IMG/VR virus record: IMGVR_UViG_3300017991_000002 | Span: 62,001-126,000 of that record | DNA: 64,000 nucleotides | Strand: one strand, 5' to 3' | Shown: positions 46,589-56,967 of the stretch, piece by piece | How positions within the stretch are numbered: the first letter of the stretch is position 1 | Layout: every line of letters starts with the position of its first letter | Translations under genes and position numbers: made by a program | Notes under the pieces: model-generated | Databases searched by the model: none | What the model saw: the letters and a program-made list of their open reading frames with translations, nothing else | What the model was told of the DNA's origin: nothing

Positions 46589-49513
46589 GTGAGAATATTA
46601 TTTTTCGGCGATGTTCATATCTCCAAGACGAATGAGTACAGCAAACCATTGCCAAACGGTTTGACCACGCTATTAAATGAGTGTAGGCTAAGCTTGGAAT
46701 GGGTTGCTGAAAAAGTATTGGAGAGTAAGGCTGATCTTGTGGTTAATCTGGGCGACTTGTTCGATAATCATGAGGCTATTGACGGGGCCAGTCTATTGGT
46801 GGGTTGGGAGGGCATGCAGAAGATATATAATGCATGTGAACAGGTGGGTTCATCAATCATATCAATAGTCGGTAATCATGAATGGGTTAAGGCCGGTGAG
46901 ATATATACCGTGCCTTTTCTCAAGAGATTTGGAAGGCTAATAACAGGTCCTGAGGTAGTTGATGGTATACTGTTTATCCCATATACAGACGATACTAAGG
47001 CAGTTAAGAGTATTATATTTGAATACTTGGACAGACGAACTGATAAAGACAGTCTGCCGCTCATAGCCTCTCATTTGGATGTTGTGGGTGGTATATGGAA
47101 TAATAAAAAGTCAGATAAGGGAGTTGACGTATCTGATATCGAAAACTGTTTTATGGTAAACGGACACTTCCATACTCCACAGGACATAGAGGATCGTGAT
47201 GGGACAATAATTAATGTTGGCTCATTGATCTATAAAAACTTCAAAGACCAATATGACCCCGAGGGGCCGGAGAGGGGAGTGCTGTTATTTGATTACGATG
47301 AGGATGAAATATCTTGGTCTCGATTAGGAAACCCTCACACTTCCATATTCTATTCTGTCTCCCTAAAAAATGAAGAGGAGATAGATAGCCGTATATTATC
47401 CGTCATCCCCAATGATAGAATGAACCTCAGGATAATGCCCACCGGTTTCACTTTCGATGAAAGTTTAATAAAGGAGAGATGGGTTAATAACTTAAAAGTG
47501 CTCCCGGGGGTTCAAACATCCGTAGAGAGGCATTCCTTTGACGCCGAGGCCGATCCTCGTGCTCTATGGGAACATTATATAAACACACTCGAAATTCCGC
47601 CTGATGTTGATAAGGATAAATGTATTGAATCCGGAAAAGACATCTTAAGCAGGGCCGAATCGCTTACTCCTGAGGTTAACTACGAGGATATCCTTATCAC
47701 TTCTTGGGAGGGTGAGAATTTTATAAGTATAGGGAAGGTGGAGGTAACAGTCCCGGAGGATAAGTCTGTTATTACTGTAGTAGGGGACAATCAGGACAGT
47801 ATTGCCATGGATAATAACGGATCAGGAAAATCTTCTCTATTCGAAATAGTCCCTTATGCTCTTTGGGGTAGGACTTTAAGAGGGCTTCTCATCGACGAGG
47901 TTGTACATACTGACTTTCCTCAGAAAGGATGTTATACCTCTGTAAAATTTTTAAAAGGCGAAAGACATTACGAGATCAAAAGAGCAAGAAAGTGGGGGGA
48001 GGATAGACAAAACATACTAGAGATTTATTGTGACGGGGAGAATATTACAGAGAGGGGTAAGGCGCAGAATCAGATAAATAAGTTGATCAATTTCTCCTTC
48101 GATGAATTCAAGCACTTGGTCTATTTGGGAGGGTCAGGTCATTTTACTGAATTAACAGACGATACAAAAAGGAAAGATTTACTGGAATCCATTATAGGAA
48201 CAGTTATCTACTCAGTGGCCGAGGATATTGCAAAACAAGATCTGGCGGAAGTTGAGGACACCGTGGCTCACCTCGAAGCCGATGTTGATGAAGTGAGTCA
48301 GGATATAATGAGGTATGAGACAAAAATTGATGATCTCCTCCATCTGAAAGAATTAACAGAACAGCAGGTTGAAGTTAAGACGAAGAAATGGAAAGATAGG
48401 ATAGAGGACTCAAAGGATGTTATTAATGAGACTGAGGAAAAGCTATCCAAGAAAGAGAAGTTTATTGATAAGCTGAGCTCGTCACTCGATAAGTGGAAGG
48501 AGAAGATAGAGACTTTGACGGACCAGGTGGAGGGGGTCCTAGATAGGCTATCTTATAGCCAGGCTGAAGTTGCCTCCAGAATAAAAGAAAAGACTGAGAA
48601 GGTCGATCTCCTCAAGAGAGGAATATGTCCAAAATGTGGTTCCAATATTCAAAAGAAAAAAGTTGAGTCAGAAGTTATGGTTATGGAAGATAAGATAACA
48701 GAGCTCAAGTATAACATTCAGGAATATGAGAGTAAATCTGATAAAATAAAGGAAAAGATTGATCTCGCCAAGCAGCAGTATGAATCGCTTCAGTCCAAGG
48801 TCCTGAACGAGAGCTCTGATCTTGTTTCCCTGAAAGGAGTAATAAGACAAGAAAAAAGAAACATTCATGATTACGAAGAGGAGATAGAATCTGCCAAAGA
48901 AGAAGCACAAGTTCTTGATCCTCAAATATCAGAAGCTAAAGAATCGTTAAAAGATACAAGAAAAAAGAAGACCCTTCTTGAGGATAGGCTCAATTCAAGA
49001 TATAAGATATTTGACGTCTCCAAATTTGTCTCCGATCATTTCCATGCCACGAAACTTCGATCATTTGTCATGGACTTTGCTCTTAACCTCGGTAATGCTT
49101 ATATTCAGGAGATGACAGAAACTTTCTCCAACGGTGATTTACAAGTAAGAATATCCCCGGAAAAGAGACAGAAGGATAAAGTGGTTTCGAAGTTCGATTT
49201 TGAGACAAACGCAAAAGCTCCCTCTTACAAGGGATGCTCTTTAGGGGAAAGAAACAGGATGGATCTCATGCTGGAGCTATCATTGTCGGCTCTCAGTAAG
49301 AAATATAGGAGTATTTTCAATATTCTCATTATTGATGAAGAAGGTGCCGGGCTGGACGATACGGGGATGGACAATTTTTCGAAAGTGCTATATAATCTTG
49401 ATAGGACAGTATTTTTGGTTTCACAACAGTCCAAGATGAAAACGTCATCAACGAAACGAATAGTGGCAACAAAATCAAACGGTATCACAAGCTACGAATT
49501 CGAGAACTTCTGA
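46589..49513 (+). CDS. Fused Mre11/SbcD nuclease - Rad50/SbcC ATPase (gp47-gp46)
   Basis: GDVH, GDLFD, GNHE, GHFH; NGSGKSS, CPKC hook, SLGE, IIDE in one ORF. Confidence 0.9.
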   Translation: MRILFFGDVHISKTNEYSKPLPNGLTTLLNECRLSLEWVAEKVLESKADLVVNLGDLFDNHEAIDGASLLVGWEGMQKIYNACEQVGSSIISIVGNHEWVKAGEIYTVPFLKRFGRLITGPEVVDGILFIPYTDDTKAVKSIIFEYLDRRTDKDSLPLIASHLDVVGGIWNNKKSDKGVDVSDIENCFMVNGHFHTPQDIEDRDGTIINVGSLIYKNFKDQYDPEGPERGVLLFDYDEDEISWSRLGNPHTSIFYSVSLKNEEEIDSRILSVIPNDRMNLRIMPTGFTFDESLIKERWVNNLKVLPGVQTSVERHSFDAEADPRALWEHYINTLEIPPDVDKDKCIESGKDILSRAESLTPEVNYEDILITSWEGENFISIGKVEVTVPEDKSVITVVGDNQDSIAMDNNGSGKSSLFEIVPYALWGRTLRGLLIDEVVHTDFPQKGCYTSVKFLKGERHYEIKRARKWGEDRQNILEIYCDGENITERGKAQNQINKLINFSFDEFKHLVYLGGSGHFTELTDDTKRKDLLESIIGTVIYSVAEDIAKQDLAEVEDTVAHLEADVDEVSQDIMRYETKIDDLLHLKELTEQQVEVKTKKWKDRIEDSKDVINETEEKLSKKEKFIDKLSSSLDKWKEKIETLTDQVEGVLDRLSYSQAEVASRIKEKTEKVDLLKRGICPKCGSNIQKKKVESEVMVMEDKITELKYNIQEYESKSDKIKEKIDLAKQQYESLQSKVLNESSDLVSLKGVIRQEKRNIHDYEEEIESAKEEAQVLDPQISEAKESLKDTRKKKTLLEDRLNSRYKIFDVSKFVSDHFHATKLRSFVMDFALNLGNAYIQEMTETFSNGDLQVRISPEKRQKDKVVSKFDFETNAKAPSYKGCSLGERNRMDLMLELSLSALSKKYRSIFNILIIDEEGAGLDDTGMDNFSKVLYNLDRTVFLVSQQSKMKTSSTKRIVATKSNGITSYEFENF

Positions 49514-49530
49514 AAGGGGAATGATATCAA

Positions 49531-50076
49531 ATGATATCAATGGGCATAGATCCAGGATTCTCCAATACTGGTTGGGTTATCTTGAAGAAGGAGAAGAAGA
49601 CCTATGAAACCATTGATTTTGGTTGCATTGTGACAAAACCCATTAAGAAGGTTCTGCGGCATGGGATAAGAATAACGGATGATGACTCCAGAAGAGCGAT
49701 GGAGATATCTGACCATTTAATAGGTCTTCTCCGAAAGAAAACCCCAGATGTTATAGGTATAGAAACATTTTCCCTTAGACCAAAAATGGGAAAGGCCTGG
49801 AAGACCGCGTTTGGGTATGCTATTGCTTTATGCTCTTCTAGAATCGTAAATACAACCGTTTTAACCTTCACCCCGTCAGATATAAAATCATTTACCGGGG
49901 ATAAGACAGCTTCCAAGAAGAAGGTCAGAGAGTCCGTTACTTCCCTCTATCTTCCAAAGTTTGATTGGAGCTCAGTCAAGGAGGCACATAAAGAGCATAT
50001 TGGTGATGCTTGTGCTTTATCCGTAATGGCCGCAGAGCAGTTTATGGAGTATCGTAGTAAATTAGGTATCAAATAG
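49531..50076 (+). CDS. ruvC: RuvC Holliday junction resolvase
   Basis: GIDPG..NTGW, IE, P..IK..TG...A.K, H..DA. Confidence 0.9.
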   Translation: MISMGIDPGFSNTGWVILKKEKKTYETIDFGCIVTKPIKKVLRHGIRITDDDSRRAMEISDHLIGLLRKKTPDVIGIETFSLRPKMGKAWKTAFGYAIALCSSRIVNTTVLTFTPSDIKSFTGDKTASKKKVRESVTSLYLPKFDWSSVKEAHKEHIGDACALSVMAAEQFMEYRSKLGIK

Positions 50077-50086
50077 AGCGATCTTT

Positions 50087-50806
50087 ATGGAAACACTAAG
50101 GCAGAAGGCTTTTAAGGATCTTTGTCAAGACTTGGCTCAAGATAGCTATCAACTATACTGCAATGATTCCAATCTCATAACGGCGGAGGATGTTGCCGAT
50201 TTAATAATCCCTATAGCAAAGATAATCCTCTTATCAACTTTCAGGGGAGTTCCAGAACACATATGGGATGACCTTATTTCAGAGGCTTATGTAAAAGTTT
50301 ATTATGCCATCAAGGACAAAAAGTGTGAACACGGCAGACCAATATTTCCCTACTTTTATAGTGTAATCAGGAATACATTTATAACTCATATAGACTCGTA
50401 CCTTCCCTTAGCAAAAAACACCATTCCAAAAGGATATGTCCCCCCCAAGAGCGGATACAGTATAAGAGCTGTTGAAACGCAAATGTTCTTGGAGAAACTA
50501 CCCGAAGTAATACGGGGCAGAGTTCTTAGGATGACAAGATTTACCGGGTTTGAATATGAAGCCTGCAAATACATATTAAACAGATTTCTTATGGACAAAA
50601 GAGTTGTTTACATTGTCCTGACAAACAGGTATTATATAGAAGAAGAGCACATACCGTTTTTTGTTGATTATGTGATTACGTTATACAGGATAGCATTATT
50701 CGGTATAAAAAAGAGATACTTGTGCACATCAGAACCGGATGAGTACACAACATGGGTCAATAAGGCCGCACGGAAGGGAGAGCGTGAAAGATCTGAAGAT
50801 AACTGA
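50087..50806 (+). CDS. Sigma-factor-like protein (possible late sigma)
   Basis: DDLISEAY.K...F.YF..VIRN.F region-2 pattern. Confidence 0.55.
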   Translation: METLRQKAFKDLCQDLAQDSYQLYCNDSNLITAEDVADLIIPIAKIILLSTFRGVPEHIWDDLISEAYVKVYYAIKDKKCEHGRPIFPYFYSVIRNTFITHIDSYLPLAKNTIPKGYVPPKSGYSIRAVETQMFLEKLPEVIRGRVLRMTRFTGFEYEACKYILNRFLMDKRVVYIVLTNRYYIEEEHIPFFVDYVITLYRIALFGIKKRYLCTSEPDEYTTWVNKAARKGERERSEDN

Positions 50807-51224
50807 TGTTGGAGAGATCAGGCGTAGGAAAGGTTTTAAAGACCTTCTCCTCTTCGCTTTAATAATCGATAACAAGTATACACTCCTGCCGGAAATTTAT
50901 AAGGTGTTCGGTAAGAAATACCTCCTCAAGTTCCTCGATGTATTCGGAGGATCCACCATATCTGTTCCCTCCCATGAAGACCTTTTGTACACTGTAAAGA
51001 ACGTTCAGATATATCTGGATGCAAAATTCCGTGTTGACGGCTATCCTACGTTCTCTGAGATAGCAAAAAAATATGGAATATCAAAGAAGGAAGCTTTGGA
51101 AATATATCACGAAATGGGAGAGGCTGTAAAAAAGAGCGGGATTCTTCTCGATGATAACTTTGATATTCCCCAAGGAGATGATGACATATGTCAAGGACTG
51201 GAAGAGATCCTCGAGAGTCAGTAA
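50784..51224 (+). CDS. Mor-like transcription activator
   Basis: FGG.TI.VP...IY...EIAKKYGIS. Confidence 0.6.
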   Translation: MKDLKITDVGEIRRRKGFKDLLLFALIIDNKYTLLPEIYKVFGKKYLLKFLDVFGGSTISVPSHEDLLYTVKNVQIYLDAKFRVDGYPTFSEIAKKYGISKKEALEIYHEMGEAVKKSGILLDDNFDIPQGDDDICQGLEEILESQ

Positions 51225-51712
51225 GAGAGTTTATGGAATCATTGGCAACAAGGTCCAATGTAACTCCTGCTGCACGACTGGTTTTGGACGAGGATCCGAA
51301 TTCGGAAAAGTTAAAATATGAAATAGCCAGACGAATCTATATGAGAGAAGGTATGAGAGGCTGGGGAAAGATAGCCGAGAGGGTAGATGTGATTATAGAC
51401 TTTTATTCCGACGATGATTCAGAACAGATAAGAGATATGAGTCATCGGGACAGGATCAGGCTGCTGCATGAACTCTTCGGACAATCACAAAATTTTCTCC
51501 GTAACCTTAATGAGGCTATACGGACGGATACCGAATCTACTGGAATGGAGAAAAACCAGAACATCATCAATATACTGGCCTTCAGTGACGACGGTTCAGC
51601 CCTAACATCTGAGGAAGCACACCTTCAAAGAAAATCAAGACAGCGTGTAAGGGGTTTCATATCTGATCTACTGCTGTCAGCCAAAGGAAATGATGACAAA
51701 CAATCAGACTAG
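51188..51712 (+). CDS. Hypothetical protein, possible small terminase
   Basis: Helical; directly upstream of terL. Confidence 0.4.
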   Translation: MSRTGRDPRESVREFMESLATRSNVTPAARLVLDEDPNSEKLKYEIARRIYMREGMRGWGKIAERVDVIIDFYSDDDSEQIRDMSHRDRIRLLHELFGQSQNFLRNLNEAIRTDTESTGMEKNQNIINILAFSDDGSALTSEEAHLQRKSRQRVRGFISDLLLSAKGNDDKQSD

Positions 51713-53795
51713 ACGGCTCAATATACCACTGCCACGATTTGATGACGAGGACATAGACCAAGAAATCTTTCTCGATGTTATCAGAGACTACGATATTAAC
51801 CTGTATGATAACTTCTTAGCAATGGATGAAGAAGAGCAGGAACAAGTAATTCAGATCGTATCAGACTTAATGACCCAAGGCAGCTCAGGCTCCTTGAAGA
51901 GCATATGGCAGCAAGATTTTATCAAGGTTCCTCCTACTCCCCAGGAATTTTTAGAGGATGAATATTTTGTCGGAAGAACGGCCAGATCACTCTATCCTGT
52001 GTGGAAAAAAGAACTCCTCTACGTCCTTGAGCCAAGAAATGACATAAGAGAGTGGATCATCTCGGGCTCGATAGGCAGTGGGAAGTCATTTGCGGCAACA
52101 TATGCCCAGGCCTATAAACTTGCTGTCTTATCCTGCCTTAGGAGCCCTCAGAAGTATTATGGCCTTGCTGAAGGAACTAGCCTGATTTTTTCGGTTTTTA
52201 ATCTGACTATAGACAAGACAGAGCTCACCCTCTACCAGGATCTTAAGAACCTTCTAAACTCATCCCCCTTCTTCAGAGAAACCTTCCCCCTGAAAACAGT
52301 ATATGGTTCAAAAGGGGAGGAGAAAGAGGTCCAGATGCCAAAAGGGGTTCATCTTATTCCCGGGTCTAAAGCAGTACATGCAATGAGTACCAACGTATTC
52401 TCCTGTATCCTGGACGAGATGAACTTTCGAGACTCTAAAAAGTCAGCGACCTATACTGAAAAGAGTGAAGCATTCAATCTATACACTCAGATACATCGAC
52501 GTATTGTCTCCAGGTTTATTACAGTCCCAGGTATCCTGGTTCTCATATCTTCTCGCCAAACAATCACCGATTTCCTCGAGGAGCATATAGAGAGGAATAG
52601 AACATCTCCTCATGTTCATATATCTGATTACGCCTTGTGGGAGACACTTCCTCCTCATAAATTTGAAATTTACCACAAGACTGGTAGAACTTTCTCCATG
52701 ATGATAGGGGATAGATCGAATAACAGGAATTCTCGGGTTTTAAAGGAGGACGAAGATCCTCCGGCCGATGCTACGATCAAAACCGGCATACCCATAGACC
52801 TATTGGAAGAGGCCATTAAGGATCCTAACGGATTTGCTCGTGATGTTGCCGGCGCTGCTACTTTCCCCTCCGAACCATTGATTTCGGACAGACAGCGTAT
52901 CGTTGCTTGTATTGATAATAGAAGACATCCGTTCGATTCAGAATCCATTGTCTTGAACTTTAAGTCCAATACAAAGGTACAAGATCATCTTATTGAAAGC
53001 ATGATAGTATGGGATACCGGAGATCGCGGGCTTCGTCCTATATTTCACCCGGAAAAGATACGTGTGATAGGATTGGATTTGAGCCTTACCGGGGATTCAA
53101 CCGGTATCGCAATGGGCTGCCCGGTAACAACGAAAGTGGTTCGAACCTTGCAAAGGAACCAAAAGACTGGTGAACTGGAATACAAGAAAATCCCCAGATG
53201 GATCATTCACTACGATTTTTTCCTGGAAATAAACCCTCCAGAATATGGTACGGGGGAGATTGATCTGGAGGGTATACAGGAGTTTGTGGTATATTTACGA
53301 GATAGTCTTCATTTTAATATTTGGAAAGTGAGCTGCGATGGTTATCAGTCCAGACATATGAGGCAAAATTTAATAAAGCGTAATTTTGATGCTGTTATCA
53401 CCTCGGTCGATGTTGACGACATAGCTTATATCGACTTAAAACAGGCTATTATAGAGGAAAGGGCATTATTTTATAATTATACTCCTTTTATGGAGATAGA
53501 ATACCTGCAACACTTTAAAAACGCAGGAAGGGTGGGATCCAAAAGAAAAGGACGGGTGGACCACTTAAAAAGTAAAAAGAAGGATGTATGTGACGCGGCA
53601 GCAGCGGTCGCTTTCCACTGCAATGCATACTCCCTGAGGGAACCGCTGGTTCCGACTGAGGATGATATTAAAAAACTTCAGACAGGAAGAGATAAAAGTA
53701 TCAAAGGGGAGAGAGTGTCTGATATGCTATATCATGACTATGTGAGTAAATCGTCGAAAGGTAGAAAGACGAGAAAAATTATCGGTATAAACTAA
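51690..53795 (+). CDS. terL: Terminase large subunit
   Basis: GSIGSGKS, ILDE, ISS; nuclease GLDLS...D, DGYQS, DH...KDVCDA. Confidence 0.9.
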   Translation: MMTNNQTRRLNIPLPRFDDEDIDQEIFLDVIRDYDINLYDNFLAMDEEEQEQVIQIVSDLMTQGSSGSLKSIWQQDFIKVPPTPQEFLEDEYFVGRTARSLYPVWKKELLYVLEPRNDIREWIISGSIGSGKSFAATYAQAYKLAVLSCLRSPQKYYGLAEGTSLIFSVFNLTIDKTELTLYQDLKNLLNSSPFFRETFPLKTVYGSKGEEKEVQMPKGVHLIPGSKAVHAMSTNVFSCILDEMNFRDSKKSATYTEKSEAFNLYTQIHRRIVSRFITVPGILVLISSRQTITDFLEEHIERNRTSPHVHISDYALWETLPPHKFEIYHKTGRTFSMMIGDRSNNRNSRVLKEDEDPPADATIKTGIPIDLLEEAIKDPNGFARDVAGAATFPSEPLISDRQRIVACIDNRRHPFDSESIVLNFKSNTKVQDHLIESMIVWDTGDRGLRPIFHPEKIRVIGLDLSLTGDSTGIAMGCPVTTKVVRTLQRNQKTGELEYKKIPRWIIHYDFFLEINPPEYGTGEIDLEGIQEFVVYLRDSLHFNIWKVSCDGYQSRHMRQNLIKRNFDAVITSVDVDDIAYIDLKQAIIEERALFYNYTPFMEIEYLQHFKNAGRVGSKRKGRVDHLKSKKKDVCDAAAAVAFHCNAYSLREPLVPTEDDIKKLQTGRDKSIKGERVSDMLYHDYVSKSSKGRKTRKIIGIN

Positions 53796-53806
53796 AGGAG
53801 TATACC

Positions 53807-55504
53807 ATGGCCAATACAAAGAAATGGTTGCACCTCCTCTCATCCGGAGAAGAATTGCCAGGTTCTCAAAGGAAGAAGAGTAGACGGCAGCCGAGTATCG
53901 ATCAGAATAATCTTGAGGAATGGCTAAAGTGGCTCCGGGGAGAGGTAGAGGTCTATACGGATCGTAAACGGAAGTATAAGGAATATGAACGTATGGACGA
54001 TAAGTCCTTGGAAATATCGTCTGCCTTAGGTATGTATGCCAGCGATGCAACAGCTATCGATTGGAACATGCATACGAACTTGTGGATTGAGGCAAGGGAT
54101 AGAAAGATAAAGGCTGAAGGAGAAGCTCTGTTCGATGCCCTGGATATGCCTAACATGATCTGGTCTATTGCAAGGAATCTTGCAAAGTATGGAGACGACT
54201 TCGAGCGTCCCATTTTTGCAAGAGACAAAAATTGTGATCCTGTAATAGGAGGAGGAACCAATGGCATCGTTCAAATACGATGGGCCAACCCAAAGTATAT
54301 AGAAAGAATAGAGGATGAGTATTCTAAGTTAAAAGGGTTCCTCGACTCCGATCCTTGGCATCATAAAGTGGTCAAAAAGATGGTTAAGACAGGTGCGCTC
54401 GATCAGAAATTTAATGACGCCCGTAATGTCTCAAAAAGAAGACCATGGGATCTTATTCACTTTAGGCTGGTCGGAAAAGGGAGAAACATGAAATATGGAG
54501 GTGCCATGATAGAAGATGTTAGGGCAGTCTGGAAATATTTAGACCTTATAACGGAAGTTATCATGGTCACTAGACTATCCAGAGGACCCTCCAGAAAAGT
54601 ATTTTATGTTGATATAGGAGATAGAACACCTGACGAGGAGGCATGGGACATCATCAAATTCTGGAAGCAAATGATGAATAAAGACCATTGGCTTAACCCT
54701 CAGACGGGTGAATTTCGTTCTATTCATGACCCTAAATCGCCAAGTGAGAACTTGTTCTGGCCGGTTCGTGGTCAGAAGTCAGCATCAAGGATCGAGGAAC
54801 TTCCCGGTCTTACTGATGTCAGAGAGATGGCTGATGTTGATCTTCTTTGGACAAGGCTATTTTCTGGGCTAAAAATACCTCCTGAGTATTTTGGGTACCG
54901 AATAGGCGGAGGAGGCCTGACTACACCGAATAATGCCAGAACGTTAACCCTTCAGGATATGAGATATGCCCGGACGATAAAAACTCTCCAAGTTGCAATC
55001 TTGAGAGGTATTCACAGGATGTTGGATATTCACTTCTCTCTTCTTGGATGGAGTGAGGATTCCTTTAAAGGTAAGTATAATGTTATGCTTTCTGCAGTCA
55101 GTACAGATGAAGAGTTTCAAAGAAGTGAACTCATTTCATCAAAGCTGTCCCAAGCATCTCAGTGGGCAGATCTGGTAGAGAGGCTTAACGCCAATAAGGA
55201 AGCCGTACTTAAACATGTTTTAACGAAGGTTCTTAACTTGACAAAGACAGAAGCTGAAGAGATATCTGAGCCTCCACCACCTCCCCCTCAAGAGCCTCAA
55301 CAGGGAATCCCCGGGCAGCCTCCAATGGGAGGATACCCCGAGAGTTCGGAAAATAAGGAGTTGAAGAAGTTGTTGGAATCTGTCGAGGACCCGGAAGCTT
55401 TAAGGGAATTGATTTCTGAGCTCTCTAGGGGTGATGATGATCTTGTGAGGACTTATGACAACGATCCATTACCTATCCAAAACCCAGACGACGAGGAGGA
55501 ATAA
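53807..55504 (+). CDS. Portal protein (T4 gp20-like)
   Basis: EISSAL..YA, R.SR.P.RKVFYVDIG, IEELPG, LF.GLKIP..Y, L..QD.R.AR. Confidence 0.9.
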   Translation: MANTKKWLHLLSSGEELPGSQRKKSRRQPSIDQNNLEEWLKWLRGEVEVYTDRKRKYKEYERMDDKSLEISSALGMYASDATAIDWNMHTNLWIEARDRKIKAEGEALFDALDMPNMIWSIARNLAKYGDDFERPIFARDKNCDPVIGGGTNGIVQIRWANPKYIERIEDEYSKLKGFLDSDPWHHKVVKKMVKTGALDQKFNDARNVSKRRPWDLIHFRLVGKGRNMKYGGAMIEDVRAVWKYLDLITEVIMVTRLSRGPSRKVFYVDIGDRTPDEEAWDIIKFWKQMMNKDHWLNPQTGEFRSIHDPKSPSENLFWPVRGQKSASRIEELPGLTDVREMADVDLLWTRLFSGLKIPPEYFGYRIGGGGLTTPNNARTLTLQDMRYARTIKTLQVAILRGIHRMLDIHFSLLGWSEDSFKGKYNVMLSAVSTDEEFQRSELISSKLSQASQWADLVERLNANKEAVLKHVLTKVLNLTKTEAEEISEPPPPPPQEPQQGIPGQPPMGGYPESSENKELKKLLESVEDPEALRELISELSRGDDDLVRTYDNDPLPIQNPDDEEE

Positions 55505-55506
55505 CT

Positions 55507-55797
55507 GTGAACATGAACGGTATTAAGAGTAATACAGCCAAGAATCTGGGAATGAAGAGAGGCGAAGTCAGCAGGGTATTGGACGAGGCTGTTGCCGTAA
55601 TAATGGAGGCACTTATAGACTCTGATATCGTTCACCTTGACCCTTTGGGATCTTTTGAGTTGAGGTCGAGGAGTATGGTTATCAGCGATGGGAATGACAG
55701 TCCCAACGGAGATCTCGAATTTTCTCCCCAGAAAAACACCCTTAAATTCCTCATCAAAGAAAATCTCAACATGATTCAATTGGAAGAATTTGAGTAA
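55507..55797 (+). CDS. HU/IHF-like protein with acidic arm
   Basis: A...G....EV..VL.....I.EAL....V.L..LG.F..R...LKF. Confidence 0.65.
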   Translation: MNMNGIKSNTAKNLGMKRGEVSRVLDEAVAVIMEALIDSDIVHLDPLGSFELRSRSMVISDGNDSPNGDLEFSPQKNTLKFLIKENLNMIQLEEFE

Positions 55798-55812
55798 AAA
55801 AGCATTTTCTTT

Positions 55813-55844
55813 TTACTTTTCCCTTCTCAGAAACGTATAAGTAT
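55813..55844 (+). promoter_or_regulatory. Putative phage promoter CGTATAAGTAT (copy 2)
   Basis: TTACTT-N17-TATAAG; intergenic. Confidence 0.6.
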
Positions 55845-55877
55845 TATAGGGATCGAAATATCGAAAGGAGAAGATGC

Positions 55878-56783
55878 ATGGAGAGTTTTGATGAAGTAAA
55901 GAAAGAGATCAGGGAAAAAGAAGGGGATATTATCACTGTTGAATTTGGTCCTTACTCAATGCTGCCAAGCGGAAGCTTTGGTGATACAGAAGGGTTCTTT
56001 ACCCTAACCCCTACCCAGGAGGGACTGGGTATTTTAGCGAAGGCATGTAAAATACCCTCTTCTTATCTCAGGAACCTTCCTCCGGACCTTCAAGCTGAGA
56101 ATATCAACTACGGAGTCTATGCTCACTCTGTCCGGGAGAAATACAATCTTGTGGTTAAGGACCACAATCTCGTAGGACTGACCAAAAAAGATACAGAAAT
56201 AACCACAAATAAGGAGCTTGTGGAGACTCTCGAGAGTTCTCTCCTCTCTCTAGGTCTGGACAATCCAGAAGTCATAAACAGAGAGATAGGGACTTCCAGA
56301 TCCATGTACATAGTTAAACTGACCGGAACGGAGGTGGGAGTAGGTATTGCCTTGGAGATATTTCCCATGACAAGCAATCCGACCTTAATGATTCCATGTA
56401 TAATAGAGAAAAAGACTGGAATCATCTCGCTGCATCCTTCTGCAGGTAACATGGAAGGGTCATGCAAAGAGCCCATCATGAAAAACTTTATTCTGACAAG
56501 GGTTATCGACCAGAGCAAAATGCTAATAGAAGGCTTTGATAGGATGAAAACCACAGGTATAGATAATAAATTCGGCAGTCTAGAAGGTGCCTTGTCCTCT
56601 CTCAAAGTGGGAAAGTCCCTCAGTAAGTTTATAATGAAGAAATCTCTGAATGGCCTGCTGCTCACCGTGTACGATCTATACTTGTTTCTTCAGAGAGGCG
56701 ATAACTCCGAAAGTCTGCTGTCCAGGAAAACTACAAACACTATATGCGGAAAAATTATATCGAGGATGACAGGAAATGCCTAA
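55878..56783 (+). CDS. Hypothetical protein, distantly DUF932-like
   Basis: LA....IP..YL..LP..L.A.NIN. Confidence 0.65.
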   Translation: MESFDEVKKEIREKEGDIITVEFGPYSMLPSGSFGDTEGFFTLTPTQEGLGILAKACKIPSSYLRNLPPDLQAENINYGVYAHSVREKYNLVVKDHNLVGLTKKDTEITTNKELVETLESSLLSLGLDNPEVINREIGTSRSMYIVKLTGTEVGVGIALEIFPMTSNPTLMIPCIIEKKTGIISLHPSAGNMEGSCKEPIMKNFILTRVIDQSKMLIEGFDRMKTTGIDNKFGSLEGALSSLKVGKSLSKFIMKKSLNGLLLTVYDLYLFLQRGDNSESLLSRKTTNTICGKIISRMTGNA

Positions 56784-56967
56784 AAAGAAAGGAGGAACAG
56801 TAAACAACAGTAAACCAAAACGGGTTGACATAGAAGATATCATACGCTCTATATCAATCAAAATGAAGGACTCTTCCAATAGGGATGATGAGGAGGGAGG
56901 AGTTGATCCCACTCCTATCAGATATGTCAGGATCAGGAAGAATCCTAAGAAAGAGGAGAAAAAGTGA
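56776..56967 (+). CDS. Small charged protein
   Basis: Overlaps both neighbours; IRYVRI near the C-terminus. Confidence 0.6.
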   Translation: MPKKKGGTVNNSKPKRVDIEDIIRSISIKMKDSSNRDDEEGGVDPTPIRYVRIRKNPKKEEKK

